DNA from: an uncultured Nitrososphaerota archaeon
GTDB taxonomy: Archaea; Thermoproteota; Nitrososphaeria; Nitrososphaerales; CADDZS01
Length of the DNA stretch: 64,000 nucleotides
Reading direction: 5' to 3'
Assembly (NCBI GenBank): GCA_963799845.1
Contig: CAWCYI010000004.1
Span: 1,760,001-1,824,000 of the forward strand
How positions within the stretch are numbered: position 1 is the first letter of the stretch; every line of letters starts with the position of its first letter. The position numbers were made by a program, and so were the translations under genes. The notes beneath the pieces were generated by a model, which saw only the letters and a list, made by a program, of their open reading frames with translations, was not told the origin of the DNA and searched no databases. Below are positions 10,147 to 19,111 of the stretch, piece by piece.

Positions 10147-10911
10147 CTAGACCGCGCTCCAGCCATCATCGATGACGACGCATGAACCATTTACAAAACT
10201 TGAATCGTCGCTGACTAGGAACAGTCCGAGCCTTGCGATTTCCGTCGGATCAGCGATTTTCGGCAGAGAAGCCATCGACTTTTTCATGAGCTCGAGACCC
10301 AGTGGGTTCGGATTGGAACTGCCAAAACCGATCGCAGTATTGACTGCACCCAGAACCATCGCGTTGCTTCTGATTCCCTTGTCGCCGTAAAATACCGCAA
10401 TGCTCTTCGTTAGTCCGATAAGCCCGTGCTTTGAGACAGCGTAAGCGACACCAGATTTTCCGCCAAAGAACGAAGCCACTGACGCCGTGTTCAGGATCGC
10501 GCCATGACCGTCCTTCAACATTCTCGGGATCACTCGCCTGCTCGCCCAGAAGGGAGCGTTCAAATTGACATTCATTACTCTCTGCCACAGCTCATCTGAA
10601 GTGTCGGCAACTGGGGTCACTCCATCCATAATTCCAGCGTTGTTGCATAGGATGTCTATTTTTCCCATTGATCGGTAGGCTTCATCAACCATGCTTTCGA
10701 CTTGATCCTTATTCGATAGATCTTTGATCATGCCGCGTGCGTTACTTCCAATCTTTGCAATGACATCGTTCACTCGATCCTCGAGAACATCCACAACAAC
10801 GACTTTGCATCCATTCTCTGAGAAAAGTTCGGCCATCGCCTTTCCCACGCCGGAACCCGCGCCAGTGATTAAGGCAATCTTACCTTCCAACTTCGGTCCA
10901 AAACTTGTCAA
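10147..10911 (-). CDS. SDR family oxidoreductase
   Basis: TGAGSGVG, NNAG, YAVSK, FVNGSCVVIDDGW. Confidence 0.9.
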   Translation of the reverse strand: MTSFGPKLEGKIALITGAGSGVGKAMAELFSENGCKVVVVDVLEDRVNDVIAKIGSNARGMIKDLSNKDQVESMVDEAYRSMGKIDILCNNAGIMDGVTPVADTSDELWQRVMNVNLNAPFWASRRVIPRMLKDGHGAILNTASVASFFGGKSGVAYAVSKHGLIGLTKSIAVFYGDKGIRSNAMVLGAVNTAIGFGSSNPNPLGLELMKKSMASLPKIADPTEIARLGLFLVSDDSSFVNGSCVVIDDGWSAV

Positions 10912-10993
10912 ACTATTCGACTTCCTATGGATTCAAGCTCCCTTCAGTCCTATTAATCTCTGGTCACGATTCTCAATTTCGATAATCGAAAAA

Positions 10994-11576
10994 TTAGACG
11001 ACAACTTGCGAACTTGTGTGCACGTTAACTAATTCGCGTCCCAACTCCAACCCTATTTGCTCAAACTTCCCTTCCATTCCTTCTTCAAGGACGGCAGCGG
11101 GCCGTTTGATTTCCTTCGCTTCTGATTTCCTCGCTTTTCTTTCCTCTTTGGTCTCGCTAGCCGGTTCGCCCTCAGGCTCCAGTTCTTCTCTTGGAGGTCT
11201 ATTTACAAAGGCAGAGGTTCGTGGCATTAGAATCTGTGCGCCAGAGGCCTTTAGCGCACCATCGATTGAATTCGATGCATCCCCTGCCCATCGGGAGTTT
11301 AGTTTTGTATCGAAAGCAAATCCATACTTTCCTTTCAGATCAACGTGTTTCAATTTGGACAGGAATTCCCTCATCGGGGCGGAAGCACGGTGCATCTCGG
11401 TGGGTCCGCCGACAGCTATCAGATCGTCAGCTGTCGAGTTTCTCAACATCGACTTCAGTTGTTTTGAAACAAGCAGCTTCAATCTGATCTTGTCTCAGTC
11501 CTTTTGCAATATCACAAGCTATCTTCTCGGTGTTTCCACACCTAGAATCAAATACGACTATCGCCTTCAATTTCAA
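10994..11576 (-). CDS. flavodoxin family protein (frameshift near 11428)
   Basis: upstream frame reads MKAIVVFDSRCGNTEKIA (FMN phosphate loop) and joins DLIAVGGPT...FAFDTK of ORF 10994-11482. Confidence 0.75.
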
Positions 11577-11728
11577 AAAACCTCTTTGGACGAAATCAGG
11601 AGGCGTAGTTAGTTAAAACGATTAGACGATCTGCAAGTCTGATAAAGTCATGATTCCCAATTTTGGAGATCGTGTATCGTGCCTTTATTCTACGCTTTGA
11701 CAACTTGTGAATCACCAATGGAGCTAGG

Positions 11729-12181
11729 TTGTCGACAATGACACGAGTTTCAGAATTAATGACCAAGACAGACATTCAATTCGTAAATCTATCTACGAGC
11801 ATTCGAGAAGCTGCCGAAGATATGAAACGGCTTCACAGAGGATGTCTAATTGTGATGAACAAGGGGAAGCTCGTGGGTATATTGACTGAAAGGGATCTGG
11901 TTCAGAAAGTACTTGCGGTTGGAAAAAATCCGAAAGAGACTCCCGTGTCAAAAATAATGTCAGAGCCGGTCATCACTGTAAACCCAGACACAAGCTTACC
12001 GGATGCCGCCAAAATAATGGTTAGAAATGCAATACGCCGGCTCCCGGTGGTCGATGGCGGAAAGGTCGTCGGAATCCTCACCACGAGCGATTTTGCAAGG
12101 TATATGCGTCTGCAGAACAGAGATGAGCCCATGTGGGCGGCGGCAGCGAGAGCGGCTGATTACCAAACTATCTTCGAATAA
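11729..12181 (+). CDS. CBS domain pair protein
   Basis: LVGILTERD, IRRLPVVD..VVGILTTSD. Confidence 0.9.
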   Translation: MSTMTRVSELMTKTDIQFVNLSTSIREAAEDMKRLHRGCLIVMNKGKLVGILTERDLVQKVLAVGKNPKETPVSKIMSEPVITVNPDTSLPDAAKIMVRNAIRRLPVVDGGKVVGILTTSDFARYMRLQNRDEPMWAAAARAADYQTIFE

Positions 12182-12265
12182 CCTAGAGCTTGAAGACCAT
12201 TCTCAGACCACTGACAGAAAGGATAAGAGTCCCAACGGGTTTCCCGAATACGACCGTGGTAGAAA

Positions 12266-12550
12266 GTGGAACCGTTCTATTTCATGAGTTACGATAGAGT
12301 CATAGGTGTTGCCAAGAATGTTCGGGAACTGGACAAGGAAATGAAAAGACTCGCAAGGGAAGATCGGCCCTGTCTGGAATACCATCTTGCAAATGGCCAC
12401 ATTGTGTCATGGCTCGAATACGCAAATGAACCCGAATTTGCAAAGGATCTGGCGGGAGTCATAAATGTCGAGGAAGCTTTACGCCTGACAGAAAGGTATG
12501 TAGCAAGATCGGTCATTCTGCACAGGACGAGACGCGGAAGGATGCACTAG
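12266..12550 (+). CDS. small conserved archaeal protein (DUF5752-like), paralogue A
   Basis: PFYFMSY...LEYHLANGHIVSWL; clear paralogue at 13042-13326. Confidence 0.7.
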   Translation: MEPFYFMSYDRVIGVAKNVRELDKEMKRLAREDRPCLEYHLANGHIVSWLEYANEPEFAKDLAGVINVEEALRLTERYVARSVILHRTRRGRMH

Positions 12551-12708
12551 TACTAGTTTGTGACATTCTGTAGAACCGCATGGCAGTACCACCCAGAGCA
12601 AGCCGAAAAAGTCTGCGGGCACCAGTGCCCATGAATTCTGTTGGAATTACAATCAAAGCGCTTATCAAGCTGGCCGAAATGGACAGAATTCCAAGGTGCT
12701 TTTGAAGC

Positions 12709-12795
12709 ATGTCAGAAGAAGATGGAGAATTGGAAGATGATGAAGACGGTGACGACGATGACTTTGAACCTTCGGACGACGATGACGACGAGTAG
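12709..12795 (+). CDS. putative 28-aa acidic micro-protein MSEEDGELEDDEDGDDDDFEPSDDDDDE
   Basis: ATG 12709 to TAG 12795 followed by TAA; almost all codons GAN with mixed third positions. Confidence 0.4.
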   Translation: MSEEDGELEDDEDGDDDDFEPSDDDDDE

Positions 12796-12805
12796 TAAGC
12801 TATCT

Positions 12806-12876
12806 TACAGGTGCGATCTCACCGCAGGGATGCAACGAAGGGAAGGCAATCTTCCTTTCGTTTAGATTGCACCGTA
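12806..12876 (+). ncRNA. candidate structured RNA (three-way junction)
   Basis: P1 GGTGCGATCT(12810-19)/AGATTGCACC(12864-73); P2 GCA-GGGA-TGC; P3 12-bp AACGAAGGGAAG/CTTCCTTTCGTT; G-U pairs favour + strand. Confidence 0.35.
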
Positions 12877-12934
12877 GTAATATATGCTTTCTAGATAAAG
12901 GCGTCGTGGGTTTCCCAAAGTCGTTGTTTTATTT

Positions 12935-13038
12935 TCATTGATTTATTATGCCATTTTTGCCCTGTTCTACACGGGGCGCAATTCTGCGTACCGAAGAGCT
13001 CGTTTCAAGCTCTGTTGCAAATTCTCTAATGCTATTGT
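12935..13038 (-). repeat. ~100-bp dispersed element, copy 1 (inverted relative to 18497-18598)
   Basis: reverse complement aligns by eye with 18497-18598: first 14 nt identical, about 6 differences over the last ~79 nt. Confidence 0.85.
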
Positions 13039-13041
13039 TTA

Positions 13042-13326
13042 CTAGTGCATCCTGCCGTGGGTCATTCTCTGAATCATAACGACTTTTTCCATATGTTTTT
13101 CCAGGATGTTCTGAGCTTCAGTGATGGTGTGGACTCCCTTCATCCTTTCCGCAGTTTCGATTTCTTCAATGGATATTAGCCACTGAACTATGTGCCCCTC
13201 CCTTAGATGATATTCAATAGCTTTCGGAAATTCTTTAGACAGTCTTCTCATCTCTTTTTCGAGCTCGTAAATGTTCGAAGCTTCACCAATTGTCATGCTA
13301 TAGCTCTTGAAATAAAATTTCGCCAA
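13042..13326 (-). CDS. small conserved archaeal protein (DUF5752-like), paralogue B
   Basis: KFYFKSY...IEYHLREGHIVQWL...HGRMH; same length (94 aa) as 12266-12550. Confidence 0.7.
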   Translation of the reverse strand: MAKFYFKSYSMTIGEASNIYELEKEMRRLSKEFPKAIEYHLREGHIVQWLISIEEIETAERMKGVHTITEAQNILEKHMEKVVMIQRMTHGRMH

Positions 13327-13345
13327 CTTTTTTCATCCCCTTGGT

Positions 13346-13855
13346 TTACGATATCAAGACAAGACCCTGCGGATTTTTCTCTTCGCGGGCAATTGTTCCT
13401 CTCCCTTCTTTGTTTGTTTCAAAAGAGACAGGCATGACGGCGCTGTTCTCTTGTGACAAGCAATTCAAAAGAGTCCTTTCAAACTTGTCAAAACACGAAA
13501 ACCTCTCCACATCAGACGAGAATCTTGTCAGATGTTGGATCTCTCTGAAAGAATCATATGTCGCTTTGCGTTTTCGAATCAAGGACTCAATGAATTGCTC
13601 ATTGCGGAAGACGGTTGCGCTTTTATTCTCCAAGAAAGAAAGGCTCGGGGAGACCGTGACAGCACTGCGCGCTCTTGACTCTTCTCTTGCCAAATGCGAA
13701 TCCAGAAAAGCCAGAAGCTCAAGTACGCGTTTTTCTGCGAGATCGTAGTCGCCGCGAGACATGAGCATGCGTAGGACCCAGAGCTGCCGGCGAATTTCAT
13801 CCTGATCATTCCTTCGACTCACGCTCAGATCTTTCAAGTTTCTTTCAAGCTCCAT
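13346..13855 (-). CDS. degenerate hemerythrin (HHE)-like helical protein
   Basis: FLDSHLAREES retains H-x3-EE; other ligand positions substituted; start uncertain (ORF extends to 13930). Confidence 0.45.
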   Translation of the reverse strand: MELERNLKDLSVSRRNDQDEIRRQLWVLRMLMSRGDYDLAEKRVLELLAFLDSHLAREESRARSAVTVSPSLSFLENKSATVFRNEQFIESLIRKRKATYDSFREIQHLTRFSSDVERFSCFDKFERTLLNCLSQENSAVMPVSFETNKEGRGTIAREEKNPQGLVLIS

Positions 13856-14021
13856 TTTGTCCCACTCCCGTCTCCCGGACACTCTGATATTTGGTAAATC
13901 GTTGTATTTATGGGACGATATGATCATCAATTTTGATAATAATCACTTGTTCAAATAGGAATCCAGATCCATTTGCCAAATCCACAACACCTTTTGTTGG
14001 CTTACACGAACTTCTATACGC

Positions 14022-14240
14022 TTGGTTCCAAGAAATCGCATCGTCGAGATTCTGTGTTTTGTTGGGATCGTTTTGCTGCTGCACAGTGCATCGAGGACTC
14101 TGATTGTCATGGGAATTGGCAGCGGCTCGTACTACTTTGGATTGCAAGGAGCGTTCGCGCCATTTGAAAACATCGAAGGATTGGTCGGCGCGATACTCGC
14201 GATGAATCCGCTGTTCCTTCTGGTATTCACCAAAACTTAG
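14022..14240 (+). CDS. possible small membrane protein
   Basis: two hydrophobic segments, fills an intergenic gap; no recognisable motif. Confidence 0.3.
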   Translation: MVPRNRIVEILCFVGIVLLLHSASRTLIVMGIGSGSYYFGLQGAFAPFENIEGLVGAILAMNPLFLLVFTKT

Positions 14241-15251
14241 AGCAGATCGTCCCACAACTTTTTCATTTCGAGTTGTGAAAGTTCTCTATCGTCTAGAATT
14301 TCATAACGAGAGCCCATCGCCACGGTAGTAGCTTTCATGCGACGGATTCCGGTCTCAAACTCTTCAAACGATATCCCGTAATCATGGGGACGGTACCTGA
14401 GGCCGAATGAATCCAGATCTCGCATGATTTCTTTGTAATCGGTATCATGAAAGAAAGCACTGATGACGCAGCCGGTCCCGAGGACTTCACCATGGGAGAA
14501 AGTTCTGCCGGTCACTTTTTCCAGACTGTAAAAAAAGACGTGCTCGATCCCCTCCTGCGGCCAGGTTCTCCCCTTTGCGATGAACGGCCACTGCAATTCA
14601 TTCAGCCTGATGTGCATCGAGACAAGTGATTTGATTCCCTTCTCTGTCACGTCGTAGATCTCCCGTCTATCGGCGTGTAGCTTTGAAAGGACTTTTTCCG
14701 CCTCTTTCACGATCTCCGGATCATATTCGGCTGACGCGTGCTCCTTCGCATATTTCCAGTCCATCAGCGATATTCTCGTGGAATAAATGTCCCCGATACC
14801 GGCTCTGTTCAATCTTGACGGAGCTGTCCTGATCAGATCCGCGTCGATGACAACCTCGCTTGCGAACTTGTTTCCCAGGTACGTTACTATCCCATTTGTT
14901 CTAATCGCGGCAACGGGAGTGATGTAAGCGTCTGCTCCAATTACCGATGGAATTGAGATGAAATCCCCTCCGGTCTGGAGGGAGACGTACTTTGCAGAGT
15001 CGATAGCCCTGCCGCCGCCAATGCCGACGATCTTCTTAATGCCGGCGGCCTTTGGAACAAAGCCGTCGAGAATCTCCTTGTCGGATTCGTGGATCAAGAA
15101 AACTTTTTCGGGATCATTTTTCAGCGTCTTGGATAAACTGTGCCAGGGAGGATCTACCGTAAACAGCGCGTATTTTTCTCCGAGATTGTCCAGGTACCGA
15201 GCTTACCGGCTCGTAGAGGACGTCATTCTCGGTCAGATGCCAGCTTGACAC
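14237..15251 (-). CDS. glycerol-1-phosphate dehydrogenase-like (EgsA/AraM, DHQS/Fe-ADH fold) protein; frameshift near 15203
   Basis: GIGGGRAIDSAKY, AGIGD, EGIEHVF, HGEVLG; N-terminus recovered from GTG 15251 via a one-base shift. Confidence 0.75.
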
Positions 15252-15257
15252 GGTGCT

Positions 15258-16303
15258 CTAACCAGAATTGAAATGCGGCAGGATTGACTTTGCAAACTTG
15301 TCCAGCGGCTCGTCGCCCCTCTCCTGAAACTCGATAACTATGTGCTTCGCGCCAGCTCTTCTGTAAGTTTCGATTTTCTCTACGATCTGCGACGGGGATC
15401 CTGACACCAGAAATTGCAGGGCGAGTTCATCCGGGATGGAATTTTCGGCGTTGTTGATCAACTGATCCGCCCTGTCGCTCACCAGCATCTGCTGGTACGG
15501 GATCAGCTCTTCCGGCGGCTTGAACCCGATGAATTTCAGGGTGTGTATCTCGGCGAGGAGAGCTTTTTCGTGTTGCTGATTGCTTCGCGAAGTTGCGTGC
15601 CGCTTTCCGCCAGCGAGATAAAAATCCACGCGACCGGTTCGAAATTTCGATTCTGGATATTCTTCGCGGACCTGAATCCCTCCACGATCTTCAGCCGTTT
15701 CGCGTAGGTTTCGGCGGTATTGAGCCACGGGATCCATCCGTCGCCAAACTCACCCGCGACGCGCAGGCCGTTCATTCCTCCCAGCGCGCCGACGATTATC
15801 CTCGGCGAGAACTTGGTCTTGACATCGAGCCATGCATTATTCAAATGGAAATGATTTCCCTGAAACGAGATGGGATTTTTCCGGTCAGATTCCCAGAGGA
15901 GCCTTATCACCTGTATCGCCTCGGCGAGTCGTTCAGCTCTAACTTTTGGGGCATCGAACGGAAGGCCGAACGGAATTAAGTTCATCGCCTCCCCGGCGCC
16001 TATTCCGAGAGAGACCCTGCCACCAGTGATTTCAGAAAGTGTTGCGACTGTTTGCGCAGTCCTCGCGGGGTGCATCCGCTGAGTGTCCGTAACGGCAGTT
16101 GCAAATTCAATTTTTTTTGTCTGGACGCCAATCGCGCTGATAGTAGTCCAGGGCTCTACCTTGGATCCGCCAGTGTCGATCAGGTGATCAACCGCCCAAA
16201 GCGAATCGAAGCCGAGCTTCTCGCACCTGATTCCCAATTGTATTGATTCATTCGGAGGAACGAAATCGATTGTGGTGCCGATCTTCAAGTGTCCTGTCAT
16301 CAA
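15258..16303 (-). CDS. LLM class flavin/F420-dependent oxidoreductase (frameshift in A-run near 15567)
   Basis: GFDSLWAVDHL, GRVSLGIGAG, DGW; C-terminal VSGSPSQIVEKIETYRRAGAKH in adjacent frame. Confidence 0.85.
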
Positions 16304-16412
16304 GAAGATTCGGATTGAGGCTGCCTAGATTAATGAATCGGGGACGATCCTTTTTTCCGCCACTGCAACTGGTTGCTGCAGAGTCAGCGCACCGGACTGG
16401 TTTAATTGCGGG

Positions 16413-17348
16413 CTATAGTTTCCCCAGTACTTCCCTTGCAAACTTCTCGGAGTAGACTTTGGTCTTTTCCAGATTCTCGCGCAAAAAGCTGAGGGCGAGA
16501 AAAGAAACTCCAAGGTTTTCAAATTCCCTAACGTCTGCGACAATTTGTCGAGAGTTGCCGGCAAATAAGTTCCCTTTATCTGGATGATCGTTCAATTCAA
16601 AATTCTGTGCAAGGTACCCTATCCTGACGTCGTCTGGATTCCTACCCGTCTTCTTTACCTGCTGCTTGAGCCGTGCGATAGCTTCGGCCATTTGCGAGGA
16701 ATTTGATAGTAGAAACCTCGGGTTGCTGTCGATCGGAAACCAACCATCTCCAAGCTCGGCCGCCCGCCTGACTGCCCTCGGGCTTTCACCGCCGACCCAA
16801 ACTGGTGGATGCGGCTTCTGGACGACCTTCGGCGAAAAGTGGACATTGGAGAATTGAAAGTACTCACCGCTGAAGCTGGGATTTTTCTCGGACCAGATCA
16901 CTTTGAGAATCCGCAGGTATTCGTCCATGATCTTACCTCTTTCTTCGTACGGGATATGGAGAAGGTCGAACTCATCCTTCATCCAACCCACGCCGACTCC
17001 GACGTCCAGCCTCCCACCGGAAAGATAGTCCACGGTTGCGAGGGTGTTTGCCATGGCGAGCGGGTTCCGGTAGGGGATAACTGCGATACCGGTCATCAGA
17101 CGGATTTTTTCTGTTTTTGCCGCAACGAAGGAAAGTGTCGTTGATTGATCAAGGTCTTCGGTTGTATCAGTATACTCGCCTGAGGTCGAGTACGGGTACG
17201 TCGTGTTGATCTTGTTTGGCATTACGATGTGGTCGGAGGGTTCTACCAGCGTATCGAAGCCGAGGCTTTCGGCGTGCTCTGCAAGCTTGGTAAGGTTGTC
17301 AGGTTTTGACAGTTCACCGTCGTGGGGGAGACAGAATCCGAATTTCAA
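16413..17348 (-). CDS. LLM class F420-dependent oxidoreductase (Rv2161c-like)
   Basis: DHIVMP, LSGGRLDVGVGVGWMKDEF, PKVVQKPHPPVWVGG, DGWFP. Confidence 0.9.
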   Translation of the reverse strand: MKFGFCLPHDGELSKPDNLTKLAEHAESLGFDTLVEPSDHIVMPNKINTTYPYSTSGEYTDTTEDLDQSTTLSFVAAKTEKIRLMTGIAVIPYRNPLAMANTLATVDYLSGGRLDVGVGVGWMKDEFDLLHIPYEERGKIMDEYLRILKVIWSEKNPSFSGEYFQFSNVHFSPKVVQKPHPPVWVGGESPRAVRRAAELGDGWFPIDSNPRFLLSNSSQMAEAIARLKQQVKKTGRNPDDVRIGYLAQNFELNDHPDKGNLFAGNSRQIVADVREFENLGVSFLALSFLRENLEKTKVYSEKFAREVLGKL

Positions 17349-18349
17349 GATCTATCCCCTACTTTAGGCGAGATCATCGACTTGAGCCCGATGTAGTCTT
17401 CTCTTTTGGCCAGCCCCTTGAGCGGTTCTCGTTTCAAATATCGTTCGATGTTTCGCACCGCATTCTTGACCGCAAGCTCGTGTGACTCTGGCACGGCATC
17501 CGCATTGTGAGGGGAGCCCAAAAAATTTGGGAGATCGAGGAAGGGGTAGTTCTGAGCGAATGGCGCGCCGGGAGCGGGATATTTCCACCAGACGTCAATC
17601 CCGGCCTTGAAAGAAGGATTCGCTCGAAGATGATCATAGAGTGCTTTCTCGTTTATGATCTTACCGCGACCCACGTTGACCAAAATACAGTTTGCTTTAG
17701 TTAAGCGGAGATTTGATTCGTTAATCAAATTCATAGTACCGACAGTCAGTGGCATCGCAATCACCACAATGTCAGACTTCGACAGGAGCTCGTTAAGACC
17801 GCCGAGGCTATTCGTCCTGTCAAAGAATTCGACTTTTCTTCCCGACGAGTTGATTCCAATGGTGCCTATACCAAACGCCTTTGCAAGTCGAGCTACGGCC
17901 TGTCCAATTCCTCCAGTCCCAATAATTCCAATAGTCTTGCCCTTCAGAAAGATTCCTTGACCCTGATCGAAGACTGATTTTCTAAGCTCCTCTTCTCGAA
18001 GGATGATATTCCTCGCAAGACAGAGGATCATTCCAAAAACGTGTTCAGCAATTTGCTCGGAAAAGGCACCGACGTTTCCGCATACCAGGACTTCTCGTGG
18101 AATCACTTCGAAATCGATTACGTCGACTCCGGCAGATAGCGTCTGTACTAAACGAAGATTCTTCATCCGTTCAAACTTGATCTCGTTTAACCACTTTGTG
18201 TCGGAGACGAGGAGGATCTCTACATTCGAGGCTACTTCGTCTGGAAGCTCGTCACCCTCGACTATTTCGATTGTGTTGCTGGAAGACAGTTGCAGTCTCG
18301 AACGCAACGTGCTTGAGAGCTTGGTTGTGGAAAAAATTATTCTTGTCAA
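17345..18349 (-). CDS. D-2-hydroxyacid dehydrogenase
   Basis: AGVD, GIIGTGGIG, LVNVGRG, IDVWW, SPHNA. Confidence 0.9.
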   Translation of the reverse strand: MTRIIFSTTKLSSTLRSRLQLSSSNTIEIVEGDELPDEVASNVEILLVSDTKWLNEIKFERMKNLRLVQTLSAGVDVIDFEVIPREVLVCGNVGAFSEQIAEHVFGMILCLARNIILREEELRKSVFDQGQGIFLKGKTIGIIGTGGIGQAVARLAKAFGIGTIGINSSGRKVEFFDRTNSLGGLNELLSKSDIVVIAMPLTVGTMNLINESNLRLTKANCILVNVGRGKIINEKALYDHLRANPSFKAGIDVWWKYPAPGAPFAQNYPFLDLPNFLGSPHNADAVPESHELAVKNAVRNIERYLKREPLKGLAKREDYIGLKSMISPKVGDRS

Positions 18350-18496
18350 TCGCCAACTGAATTCTCAAATAGGCTTGGTCTTTTAATTGGTTCGATGAAA
18401 CAGTGACTTTTCAGGTCTGCAGGTACAAAACTACCTGAAATAATCTTCGTTAGTAGTAGTGTAACTGTGAGATTGTGAAAACAGACTTCTTTGCTT

Positions 18497-18598
18497 ACAA
18501 TAGCATTAGAAATAACCAGAAGAGCTAGAAACGAGCTCTCCGGTACGCAGGATTGCGCCCCCGTAGAACAGGGCGAAAATGGCATAATAAATCAATGA
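18497..18598 (+). repeat. ~100-bp dispersed element, copy 2
   Basis: matches reverse complement of 12935-13038; hairpins AGAGCT/AGCTCT, CGCA/TGCG, GCCC/GGGC. Confidence 0.85.
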
Positions 18599-18739
18599 TC
18601 GTGAAACAAATGGCCAAGAGAGCTGGAGGGTACACGAGGAGGTCGTGGACCTGCCGGAAATTCGATGGCGAAGATCTCGCAGGGTATCTTGGAGCCGGGC
18701 ACACTGTAACCTGCTTCAGAGTTTGGAAAATGATTTTTC

Positions 18740-18949
18740 TTACTGCTTTCCAGCGGCTTCAAAAACAACTTGCCTTCCTTCAGATTCTGAGATTCTGACG
18801 TAGCACCGCTTTACATATTTCACGCCTGACTTCTGTGTCCGCCGGGGGTGCCGGAATACACGATAACGAAGTGTGCCGTTCTCATTTCGCATGATTTGAA
18901 CCACGCTCTCCCGTGCAATTTTGCCGCATCTTGGGCATACTAGATCCAA
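18740..18949 (-). CDS. small basic zinc-finger protein (CxxC...H...C)
   Basis: CPRCG...YRVFRH...KRCYV; Lys/Arg rich. Confidence 0.55.
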   Translation of the reverse strand: MDLVCPRCGKIARESVVQIMRNENGTLRYRVFRHPRRTQKSGVKYVKRCYVRISESEGRQVVFEAAGKQ

Positions 18950-19111
18950 TTAGGTCAAATCTTCTCCAATGAGGTGGGACAGAGTTGTCGTCAGAAGACA
19001 GGGATTGGTGTAATAAAAACTCCTGAAGCCCTATTGGCTGGATAAATTTCAAAACCCTGACGTCAAGACTATATTCTTATGTTGCAACTTTTTTTCGTTA
19101 ATTAGCGCCGA

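Noticed and set aside
12884-13038. MLSR*RRRG|FPKVVVLFSLIYY reading like a prepilin signal
   Set aside because: In-frame stop at codon 5, a further indel, and no matching N-terminus at repeat copy 2
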